A stretch of DNA of 64,000 nucleotides, taken from a bacterium. Its GTDB lineage: Bacteria > UBA8248 > JACPRG01 > G963555815. Positions within the stretch are counted from its first letter, which is position 1; every line of letters starts with the position of its first letter. The position numbers were made by a program, and so were the translations under genes. Location: the NCBI GenBank assembly GCA_965261595.1, contig CBDHDG010000007.1:160001-224000 (forward strand), written 5' to 3'. The notes beneath the pieces are model-generated. The model made no database searches, was not told the origin of the DNA, and was given only the letters and a program-made list of their open reading frames with translations. Shown here one piece after another: positions 29,624 through 38,745 of this stretch.

Positions 29624-31681
29624 ATGAACCCAAAAGACCTCGAACGCATCCGGAACATCGGGATCATTTCCCACATCGACGCGGGAAAGACGACCGTCAC
29701 CGAGCGGATTCTGTTTTACACCGGCGCCATTCACCGGATGGGAGAGGTCCACGACGGGCTGGCCACGACCGACTGGATGCCCCAGGAGCGGGAGCGCGGG
29801 ATCACCATCACCGCCGCTTCCATCTCCACCCGCTGGCGGGAGCACACCATCAACATCATCGACACCCCGGGTCACGTCGATTTCACCATCGAGGTGGAGC
29901 GCAGCCTGCGCGTCCTGGACGGGGCCGTGGCGATCTTCAGCGCCGTGGACGGCGTGGAGCCGCAATCCGAGGTGGTCTGGCGGCAGGCGGATCGGCACGG
30001 CGTCCCCCGCATCGCCTTCGTCAACAAGATGGACCGCATCGGGGCCGACTTTGAAAACGTCTTGAAGGAAATCCGCGAAAAGCTGGGCGCGAAAGAGCTG
30101 GTTCTTCAACTTCCCTGGGGCGAGGAGGAGAATTTTCACGGCGTGATTGACCTGGTGGAGGAGCGCGCCCTCTCATGGGCCGCGGATGACCAGGGCGTCC
30201 ATTACGAAACGGTTGAAATTCCCGAAGAGCTCCGAAGCGCCGCGGCCTCTTCGCGCGAGGTCCTGCTCGAGGCGGTGGCCGAGGCGGACGAAGTCTTTTT
30301 GGAGAAATACCTGGCGGAAGGCGAGGGAGAGATCGAGCCGGAGGAGATCCGGCAGGCCATCAGGCGGATCACGATATCGGGCCGGGCGGTTCCCGTCCTG
30401 TGCGGCTCGGGCTTTCGAAACGTGGGTGTCCAGCCCCTGCTCGACGCGGTGGTGGACGCCCTGCCCTCCCCCGGCGACCTTCCGCCCGTTTCGGGCGTCA
30501 CTCCGGAGAGCGGATCCCCGGACTCCCGGGACAACACCCCCAACGCCCCTTTCTCCGCGTTGGCCTTCAAGATCATGACCGTCGAGGGCCGGCGCCTGAC
30601 GTATCTGCGGATCTACTCGGGCCGGTTGGCCGTCGGGGAGAAGGTCTACAACCCCGGCCGGGAGAAGGAGGAGCGCGCCGCGCGGATTTTTCAGATGTTT
30701 GCGGACAAGCGCTCCAGACTGGACGCCGCGGGCGCGGGAAGTATCGTCGCCGTCGCCGGGCTCAAGGAAACATTCACGGAGGACACCCTGTGCGACCCGA
30801 AGGACCCCATCCGGTACGGGTCGCTCGAATTTCCGGAGCCGGTGATCTACCTGGCGGTGGAGCTGCGCTCGGCGGCCGACGAAAAGAAACTCAACGAGTC
30901 TCTTCAGAAGCTCCGGGCGGAGGACCCGACGTTTCATGTCCGGGAAGACCCGGAAACCGGCCAAACCGTCTTGTCGGGAATGGGCGAGCTGCACCTGGAC
31001 GTGATCCTGCGGCGATTGAAAGAAGAGTTCAGCGTGGACTTGAGGGCGGGAACGCCCCGGGTGGTGTATCGAGAAACCCTGACGGTCCCGGCGGCCGGCG
31101 AGGGCGTGTTCGACCGGGAAGTGGGCGGCAAGTCCCTCTTCGCCCGGGTGGTGGTGCGCCTCGAGCCCAGGGAGCGGGGGGATGGGCTCGAGGTGGACGC
31201 CGCGCATCCGAACCTTCCGGCGGAAATCCGGCCGGCGGTCGAGCGGACGCTCTCGCAGGCGGCGGGGAGTGGTCCCATCGGGGGATACAAGCTGGTGGAT
31301 ATCGCCGCCCGGGTCGTTGACGCAACGTACGATGAAACACGGGCCTCGGAGACGGCCTTCTAAGCCGCGGCGGGGATGGGGTTCCAGTCGGCGGCGGCGG
31401 AGGCCTCCCCGGTGCTTCTGGATCCCTGGATGGGCGTCGAGATGGTCACCCCGGAAGAGTTCCTGGGCGGGATCATCAATGACATGAACGCTCGGAAGGG
31501 ACGGGTAAAAGGTGTATCCCTGCGGGGGAACGCGAAGGTCCTCCAGGCCCGCGTCCCGCTGGCGGACATGTTCGGTTACAGCACCGAGCTGCGCTCAGCC
31601 TCCGAGGGCCGGGCGACGTATTCGATGGAGTTTTCCCATTATGACGTGGTCGAACGAAGCCCGGCGTGGGAGCGGGGATAG
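29624..31681 (+). pseudogene. fusA: Stand-alone elongation factor G paralogue with in-frame TAA at 31361-31363
   Basis: [30 protein letters not shown]; domain V (VPLADMFGYSTELRS..GRATYSMEFSHY) continues in frame after the stop. Confidence 0.85.
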
Positions 31682-31882
31682 GGAGGGGATTTATTTCAGA
31701 CAAGGGAATCACAGGGGTTTGAGATGAATCGGAAAAACGGTCGGAAGCGGGGTCCGCCGGTTGCCACCGGGCAGATGAGGCTGATACAATCTCGTCGATT
31801 CACCCTGGGAGCGCATCTTCATCCGGGTCGGACCCGGAAATGAAGACTTTGACTCACCCTATCCGTGGGAGGTTCATCTCCG

Positions 31883-32803
31883 ATGGCCGCAAGCCGCTCT
31901 AAAACCCGGGCGCCCGTTGGTTCGGGCGAGACGCCGTTGCGCGATAACGGGCGCGAACCCTCTTCGGGTTTAGGGGAGACGCTTTCCCCGTCATCGATTG
32001 AGGCATTGGCGGATCGGGCCCGGGCGATCCGCAGAGAGATCCTTCAGATGATCGTGGCCGCCGGCTCAGGCCATCCGGGCGGCTCGTTTTCCATGGTCGA
32101 GCTCCTGCTCGTTCTCTACGATTCCTTTCTCCGTCATCGAACGCCCGAGGACCCGGACTGGGAGGACCGAGACCGGTTCATCCTCAGCAAGGGACACGGG
32201 GCGCCGGCCCTGTACGCGATTCTGGCCGAGTTCGGGTACGTCTCCAAGGACGAGCTTGGCGACCTTCGAAAGCTGGGAAGCCGCCTACAGGGACATCCCG
32301 ACAAAAGGTTTCTGCCCATCCTGGAGACCTCGACCGGCTCCTTGGGCCAGGGGCTTTCCTTCGGCGCCGGAACGGCGCTGGCGGCGCGAATCGACAAGAA
32401 ACCGTACCGGACCTACGTCCTGATCGGGGACGGGGAATCCGAAGAGGGGCAGATCTGGGAGGCGGCCATGTTCGCCGCCCACCACAAGCTGGAGAACCTG
32501 ACCGCGATCGTGGACGTGAACCGCATTCAGTTGGACGGATTCACCCGGGACATCGTGGACCTGGAACCCCTGACTGAAAAATGGAACTCGTTCGGATGGT
32601 TTGTCCAGGATATCAACGGGCACGACCTCCGCCAGGTTTACGACGCCTTCGCGGCCTGCGCGTCCCACCGGGGGCGACCCGGCGTGATCATCGCGCGCAC
32701 CGTGAAAGGCAAGGGGGCTTCCGAGATGGAGGATAACCCCGCCTTTCACGGCCGGGCGCCGAATCCCGAGGAAGCGGCGCGGGCCTTCGCGGACCTCGCC
32801 TAG
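31883..32803 (+). CDS. Transketolase, N-terminal (TPP-binding) subunit
   Basis: SGHPGGS, DRFILSKGH, LQGHP, TGSLGQG, GDGE. Confidence 0.95.
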   Translation: MAASRSKTRAPVGSGETPLRDNGREPSSGLGETLSPSSIEALADRARAIRREILQMIVAAGSGHPGGSFSMVELLLVLYDSFLRHRTPEDPDWEDRDRFILSKGHGAPALYAILAEFGYVSKDELGDLRKLGSRLQGHPDKRFLPILETSTGSLGQGLSFGAGTALAARIDKKPYRTYVLIGDGESEEGQIWEAAMFAAHHKLENLTAIVDVNRIQLDGFTRDIVDLEPLTEKWNSFGWFVQDINGHDLRQVYDAFAACASHRGRPGVIIARTVKGKGASEMEDNPAFHGRAPNPEEAARAFADLA

Positions 32804-32814
32804 GAGAAAGCCGG

Positions 32815-33789
32815 ATGCGACAGTTTGAGGTGGGCGGGGCGACGCGCGACGCCTACGGAAAGGCCCTGGTCGAGCTGGGCGAGGAAAACCCCGACATCGT
32901 GGTCCTGGACGCCGACCTGAGTGAATCGACCCGGACGAAGAAGTTCAGCGAAAAGTTTCCGGACCGGTTCTTCAACGTCGGCATCGCCGAGGCCAACATG
33001 GTCTCCATGGCCGCCGGATTGGCGTCCTGTGGAAAGATCCCCTTCATCAGCAGTTTCGCCGTGTTCCTGATGTGCAAGGGATTCGACCAACTTCGGATGT
33101 GCGTGTCCTATCCGGGGATGAACGTGAAGGTGATCGCTTCGCACGGAGGGATCTCCATCGGAGAGGACGGGCCTTCCCAGCAGAGCGTGGAAGATCTGGC
33201 CCTGGCCTGTTCGCTGCCCGGCTTTCGGGTGGCCGTGCCGGCCGATGCCCGGGCCGCGCGTTGTCTTGTCCGGCAGGCGGCGGAACTGTCGGGTCCCGTT
33301 TACCTTCGGATGGGAAGACCCCGCGCGCCGATCATCTACTCGGAGAAGGACAAGATCGAATTTGGCCGGGCGGCGGTCCACCATCTCGGAAAAGACGTCA
33401 ACATCCTGACGAACGGCCTGCTTGTGGCGGAAGCCCTGAAGGCCAGCGACCTCGCCGGGGAAGAGAACCTGGATGTCGGCGTTGTGGATGTGCACACCTT
33501 GAAGCCGCTGGATGTCGAGACCGTGATCCAGGCGGCGCGGATGTCCGGGGCCTTGGTGGTCGCCGAAGAACACCTTCTGGTGGGGGGACTCTCCAATCAG
33601 GTGAGCCTGGCCGTGGCGCAATCCCATCCCGTCCCCATCGAGTTCGTGGGGCTGGACACCTACGCCGAATCGGGCAAGCCGTTCGAGCTGCTTGAGAAAT
33701 ATGGATTGACCGCTCCCTTCCTCCTGCGCGCTGTCGAAAAGGTTTTGCGGAAGAAAGAAGCTGGGCGCTCCGCCGTCTCCACCGCCTGA
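32815..33789 (+). CDS. Transketolase, C-terminal subunit
   Basis: DADLSEST, NVGIAE, GEDGPSQQ, TLKPLD. Confidence 0.95.
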   Translation: MRQFEVGGATRDAYGKALVELGEENPDIVVLDADLSESTRTKKFSEKFPDRFFNVGIAEANMVSMAAGLASCGKIPFISSFAVFLMCKGFDQLRMCVSYPGMNVKVIASHGGISIGEDGPSQQSVEDLALACSLPGFRVAVPADARAARCLVRQAAELSGPVYLRMGRPRAPIIYSEKDKIEFGRAAVHHLGKDVNILTNGLLVAEALKASDLAGEENLDVGVVDVHTLKPLDVETVIQAARMSGALVVAEEHLLVGGLSNQVSLAVAQSHPVPIEFVGLDTYAESGKPFELLEKYGLTAPFLLRAVEKVLRKKEAGRSAVSTA

Positions 33790-33947
33790 GTTGCGGATCC
33801 CGGATCACCGGAGAACGCGGCTCCGCCCAACGCACACATTCCCTTCAGTGAATACCAGAGTCCCGGAATATCGCCCTCCATGCTTCTTCCTTGACAATCC
33901 GGGGAAGCCGCTCCCATACTGAGCCCTAGAGAGAATTCGACGCACCG

Positions 33948-35741
33948 GTGCGCATGCCGGAGGCGATAAAGCGTATCTTTTTCGGTCTGGATATGACGAA
34001 GCGATCCGGGAAGCGACGCACGAGGTCCGCCCCGGCGGCCACAAGCTCAAAGCGAAGACAACTCAACGAGTTTCTCGAAAAAATCCTTGATGCCCTGAAA
34101 CGGAAAAACGGCTTCCAGGAGGCTGAGGAACTTGTCGCTGAGTTGGAGATTCACACCGGGGCTTTCCTGCCGGCTTTCGTGCGCAGAATCGAGGAAGCCG
34201 GCCGAGAAGAGCGCCTGGCGCTTCTGGATTTAATCTCCCACCTGGAAAACCCCGAAGCCGTCCCCCATTTGGAGTACCTGATCTTTGAAGCCGCTGTGGA
34301 TGTCTCGGCCAAGCGGCGGTCGGCGGAAATCCTGGAGCAAATGGGCAGGCCGCTTGAAGTGGGGATGGCGGAATCGCTGAAAAACGCCGCCCAGATCATC
34401 GAAGGGGTTCCAGCGCTCAAGCCGGAGTCCATCCACGGGTCGAATCCCTTATTCGTAAAGTTTGTTCGGCTTCCCCCCACGCTCCGAAAGGCCGCGCTCA
34501 CCGAGCTGGCCTCCGTGGCGCCCGGGACGGCCCTTGAATTTATCGAGCTGCTGCGCAGCCGTGAAAACCTTCCGCCCCCTGAAACCGTGGAAGCCCTGGT
34601 CATTCTCGAAGACCCCCGGGCCGTCAAGATCCTCCGCGAGTATCTCAATGGGACAACGGACAAAGAAACGGGGCGCGTCGTACGCCGCGCTTTGTATCGA
34701 CTGAAAGCCCGCGGGCTGCCGGTTGAGGAGGGAAACGCCGGGATAAAGCCGGCCGGCCAGGGGATTTTCCGCCCTGTTGTCACGCCCTCTCAAGGGTTCA
34801 TGAGTGTTGTCGATGGATCGGGATCGAGGGTCGTCTGGCTTGCGAAACCTCTCCAAGGGGGCGGTCGTCTTCTGTTCCAGGCCGTCGTCAGTGATGACGA
34901 AGGACTGATGGACTTCAACGCCTACGAGCTGAATCTCTCCCCCTTCCGATCCTATATCAAGGAGATCACCGGCCGGGCGCTCGAATTTCCGGTGATCGAG
35001 GTTCCGCCCGGATACGCCTCTTTCCTGATCGATGAAGCCTACCGGCTGAGACTGTCTCGGAACGAGGAGATCCCTCAAGAATATCCGATCCACCAGCGTC
35101 AGATCAGGGATGGGGCCGAGGAAAACCGGCCCAGCTTGAAGGAGGCGCTGGATGAAGCGCGTATGGACCCCGTGGGAGCGGTGTCCGCCGAAGAGATGAA
35201 AACGCTCCTCGGCCAACCAATGTTTTCCAACTGGGTTTTGAGCAAGAAAGAAACCTCTCCCTATGTGGAGGAGGTGAAGGCGCTCCTGGAAAGTCAGCTC
35301 ATCGTCAGTCATGAAGCGCGTCGAGAGCAGTTGACGGTGGCCTGCCGGAAAGCCACGGCCGCCCTCTTTCCGGCGGAGCGCGTGGAGCGGTGCGCCAAGC
35401 GGCTCGAAGATACGGCCTATGTGCTCCTGAAATCGGAGCACCGGGATCTTGCCCGTTCGGTTGCGGGTGTTGCAAAAAGCCTGCGGGAGCTCGACGGAGA
35501 TCCGGCCGAGCATCCTTTCCTGTACGGCATGGTCTTCCGCTCGGTTGTGGCCCTCTTGTCAAGGGAGATCCCGGTGGAAAAGGCTGGGGGGGATCCCCAA
35601 CCCCAGGACAGTGATCGGACGCGGCGCGAGGAACCCTCTTTGATCCTCACCCCAAGCGAGCTCCGCCAAACGGCCGCGAAAAGACCGACCGAAGATCCGT
35701 CCAGGGCGGGGGGCGGTCCAGCGCTCATCATCCCGGGCTGA
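33948..35741 (+). CDS. Hypothetical HEAT-repeat-like helical protein
   Basis: Long ORF, helical repeats, RRALYRLKARG; start may be 33993; TTGACA-18-CATACT at 33891-33920. Confidence 0.7.
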   Translation: MRMPEAIKRIFFGLDMTKRSGKRRTRSAPAATSSKRRQLNEFLEKILDALKRKNGFQEAEELVAELEIHTGAFLPAFVRRIEEAGREERLALLDLISHLENPEAVPHLEYLIFEAAVDVSAKRRSAEILEQMGRPLEVGMAESLKNAAQIIEGVPALKPESIHGSNPLFVKFVRLPPTLRKAALTELASVAPGTALEFIELLRSRENLPPPETVEALVILEDPRAVKILREYLNGTTDKETGRVVRRALYRLKARGLPVEEGNAGIKPAGQGIFRPVVTPSQGFMSVVDGSGSRVVWLAKPLQGGGRLLFQAVVSDDEGLMDFNAYELNLSPFRSYIKEITGRALEFPVIEVPPGYASFLIDEAYRLRLSRNEEIPQEYPIHQRQIRDGAEENRPSLKEALDEARMDPVGAVSAEEMKTLLGQPMFSNWVLSKKETSPYVEEVKALLESQLIVSHEARREQLTVACRKATAALFPAERVERCAKRLEDTAYVLLKSEHRDLARSVAGVAKSLRELDGDPAEHPFLYGMVFRSVVALLSREIPVEKAGGDPQPQDSDRTRREEPSLILTPSELRQTAAKRPTEDPSRAGGGPALIIPG

Positions 35742-35978
35742 AAGCCGACTTTCGGCCCGGGGGATCCTTGCGGACACCTCTCGCAATAATCTCCCGGCGG
35801 TATTGATCGGCCGGCGGCTCCCGGAATTCGTGCGGGTCCTTTCACAACGGAAAAGCGTGGGAAGCTCTATGCGCCCGTTCGCGAAAGGCCTCCGATTGAG
35901 CGACTGCATGGCTTTCACAATGGCCCGTCGAGGCAAACACGAAATTCCCCCGCGGAGGCGGATGTCAAGGAATCCGAT

Positions 35979-36758
35979 TTGACCGATACGGGCGCGGGGA
36001 GGACTGGAAGAACGCCGGCGAAGAAGGCCGTCATACTCGCGGCCGGCTCGGGGACCCGGCTGCGGGTCGGCGGGCGGGCGTCACCCAAACCACTGGTCGA
36101 GGTCTTGGGCGTCAGTTTGCTGGAGAGGCAGCTTCAGTGTCTGACCCGACTCATCCATCTAGATGAAGTGATTGTCGTGCTCGGATGCGAAGCGGACGCG
36201 GTGCGCGAGCGGATCGAACACAGCGGACCCTGGCCCTTTATCGTCCGCGCCGTTGACAACGCCGACTGGGCCCGTGGAAACGGGACTTCCCTTTATTCCG
36301 CGAAGGACTGGGTCGAGGGGGAGGGAGAGGGTTTCTTTGTCTTGATGGCGGATCACATGTTCGAGCCCGAAACCCTGGAGCGTTTCGCCGCAAAGGCCGG
36401 CGGAGAACCGGCGCTCTCGGTTTCGAACGGGAGCGGTCCGACAATCGACCTGGACGACGCGACCAAAGTCAGCGTCGACGAGCAGGGGCGGATACGGAAG
36501 ATCAGCAAGACCCTTTCTGAATTCACCGCTGTGGAGATGGGCCTCTTCTATTTAGACGGCCAGATCTTCCCGGCTCTGGAGCGGGCGTTCCGTGAGGGGG
36601 AACACAGCCTGACCTCCGGCGTTCAGCGCTTGATTGCGGAGACTCCCCTGCTGGCCGTACCGTCGTCTGATGCCTGGTTTGACATCGATACGATCGACGA
36701 TTTGCGCCATGCGGAGCGCCACCTCCTCCGAAAAATACAATCCCCAAGCGACGCCTGA
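35979..36758 (+). CDS. NTP transferase (LicC/IPCT-like cytidylyltransferase)
   Basis: AVILAAGSGTRL..PKPL, GNGTSL, MADH, DDATKV, WFDIDT. Confidence 0.85.
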   Translation: MTDTGAGRTGRTPAKKAVILAAGSGTRLRVGGRASPKPLVEVLGVSLLERQLQCLTRLIHLDEVIVVLGCEADAVRERIEHSGPWPFIVRAVDNADWARGNGTSLYSAKDWVEGEGEGFFVLMADHMFEPETLERFAAKAGGEPALSVSNGSGPTIDLDDATKVSVDEQGRIRKISKTLSEFTAVEMGLFYLDGQIFPALERAFREGEHSLTSGVQRLIAETPLLAVPSSDAWFDIDTIDDLRHAERHLLRKIQSPSDA

Positions 36759-36800
36759 TCGCGAGGCCGCGCCCCGGCCGACCCTGGGCGAGAAATCGGG

Positions 36801-37646
36801 TCAATCTCCGGACTTCCAGCCGGGGACCCGGCCCGAAAAGAGTTTGGGCAGCTCTTCCGGGTCGAACCGGAGGCCGATGCAGAACGGCCCAAACTCCGCG
36901 TATAACGCACTGGCCTCGTCGAACCGCATTTCGTAGATCAGCTTCTTGTACACCAGCGGGTCCGGCGCAAACAGGTACACGCCCCATTCCCAATCATCGA
37001 AGCCGATGCTGCCGGTGATGATCTGCGAGACGCGCCCGGCGTACTTCCTTCCGATCATGCCGTGATCGCGCATCATGTGCTGGCGCTTATCCATCGGAAC
37101 TTGGTACCAGTTCACCACCTCGCCCCGCCGCTTCTCCATGGGATAGAAGCACAAATATCGGTCACGGGGCATAGGCAGATACAGGCGGGCGCGCACGCGC
37201 TCCTTTTGCGCGGCCATCTCGGATTTCCACCTTTCCTTCCATTCCTCGCTGTCCGGCTCGAGGCCGTCGGCCAGAAATTGCTCGTGGAGCTTTGCTGTCA
37301 GCTCGTACAAACCAAGCTCGACATACGAGAGGTAGGAATCCGACGCCGTCAGGTGTTCCGCCAGGGCGAGTTGCGCGAAACCCAATTCCACCTGATTCAG
37401 CTCATCGAAGGTGGGTCGGAAATGAAGCAGGAGAAGGTCGCCCTTGTGCCCCAGTAAGCTGAAGACCCCGCTTTCGCCGCGGGGCGGGCCGGAGACGCGC
37501 TCCAGAAAATTTACAGCCTCCAGGGTCGCCTGGCTCCTTTCCCGTTCCGAAAGGCGGTTCCAGGAAGCCCGGTTGATGCGGAAGACCTGGTGCAAGACGG
37601 CCCACCCCTCCAACGTTTCGGGAACAACGGCTTGATTTTCAGTCAC
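36801..37646 (-). CDS. chdC: Coproheme decarboxylase (HemQ/ChdC)
   Basis: ETLEGW, GHKGDL, CFYPM, NWY, MRDHGMIGR, GFDDWEWGV, YEMRFDEASA. Confidence 0.92.
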   Translation of the reverse strand: MTENQAVVPETLEGWAVLHQVFRINRASWNRLSERERSQATLEAVNFLERVSGPPRGESGVFSLLGHKGDLLLLHFRPTFDELNQVELGFAQLALAEHLTASDSYLSYVELGLYELTAKLHEQFLADGLEPDSEEWKERWKSEMAAQKERVRARLYLPMPRDRYLCFYPMEKRRGEVVNWYQVPMDKRQHMMRDHGMIGRKYAGRVSQIITGSIGFDDWEWGVYLFAPDPLVYKKLIYEMRFDEASALYAEFGPFCIGLRFDPEELPKLFSGRVPGWKSGD

Positions 37647-37658
37647 GAAGGGTGCTCC

Positions 37659-38735
37659 TTAAGTCATCCGGCCATGGCGGGGTCGGTCCCCCTCCCCTTC
37701 GGGCGCGCCGGGCGGGTTACCGGCCTTGGGGATCTCTCGCAAAACATAGGAGGGTTTGTTCATGGCCCTGTAATAAACACGGGCGAGAAGCTCGCCGAGG
37801 AGTCCCATCAAGAGAAGCTGGAGGCCGACGACGATCAGCAAAACGCCCAGGATCAACAGGGGGCGGCCGCCGATGTCCGCGCCCGTGCTCAGCTTGAGGA
37901 TTGTCAGGTAGAGGGAGATCCCCATGCCCGCCGCCCCGGAAATCATCCCTATGCCTCCAAAAAATCGAATGGGACTGGTTGAATAGCTCAGAAAGAACTT
38001 GACGACCAGGAGGTCCATCAGGACCCGAAAGATTCGGGTGGATGAATATTTCGATGCCCCGCGGACACGGGGACGGTGATTCACTTCAATCTCGGATACC
38101 CGGATGCCCATCCAGGAAGCCACGGCGGGAGTAAACCGATGGTGGTCGCCCCACAATTCCAGGTTCTCCACCACTTCTCTGCGATACGCCTTGAGCGTGC
38201 ATCCATAATCCCGGAGGTGGACCCCCGTGATCCACGAGATCAGCCGGTTGGCTATCCGTGAAGGAAGTCGGCGGGTCCAGAAGGCGTCCTTGCGGTCTTT
38301 CCGCCAGCCGCTGACAATGTCATGGTCTTTGAGCGACTCCAACAGCCTGGGAATATCGGCCGGGTCGTTTTGAAGGTCCGCGTCCATGGTGACAACGACT
38401 TCGCCCCCGGCCCGATCGAAGCCGGCCGACATCGCCGCCGTCTGGCCGAAGTTCCGTCTCAGATGGAGAACGGCCGTGACCGGGCTCCCTGCTTGAATAT
38501 CTTGCAGAATCTCCTCACTGCCGTCCGTGCTGCCGTCGTTCACGTAGATAATTTCGTACGGGACGCCGATAGTCTCCAGAGCGGAGATCAACTGGTCATG
38601 CAGGGGGAGGAGGTTGTCTTTTTCGTTGTAAACAGGGATGACGACGGACACGCCAAGAGAGGTTTCTTTCATTTCTATGTCAATGTCCTGGGCCGGTTCG
38701 GTCAGCTTGGCCAAGCCCATTGTGACCTCTTCCAA
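37659..38735 (-). CDS. GT2 polyprenyl-phosphate glycosyltransferase (ArnC/GtrB-like)
   Basis: VIPVYNE, DGSTD, RNFGQ, MDADLQNDP, two C-terminal TM helices. Confidence 0.92.
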   Translation of the reverse strand: MEEVTMGLAKLTEPAQDIDIEMKETSLGVSVVIPVYNEKDNLLPLHDQLISALETIGVPYEIIYVNDGSTDGSEEILQDIQAGSPVTAVLHLRRNFGQTAAMSAGFDRAGGEVVVTMDADLQNDPADIPRLLESLKDHDIVSGWRKDRKDAFWTRRLPSRIANRLISWITGVHLRDYGCTLKAYRREVVENLELWGDHHRFTPAVASWMGIRVSEIEVNHRPRVRGASKYSSTRIFRVLMDLLVVKFFLSYSTSPIRFFGGIGMISGAAGMGISLYLTILKLSTGADIGGRPLLILGVLLIVVGLQLLLMGLLGELLARVYYRAMNKPSYVLREIPKAGNPPGAPEGEGDRPRHGRMT

Positions 38736-38745
38736 TTCCCCGCCG

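Noticed and set aside
17718..31363. Stop-codon reassignment, selenocysteine or pyrrolysine
   Set aside because: Interruptions involve TGA, TAG and TAA at non-catalytic positions, and ordinary genes terminate with all three.
35979..36758. Bifunctional IPCT/DIPPS (di-myo-inositol phosphate synthesis)
   Set aside because: The ORF ends before any CDP-alcohol phosphotransferase domain and none is adjacent.
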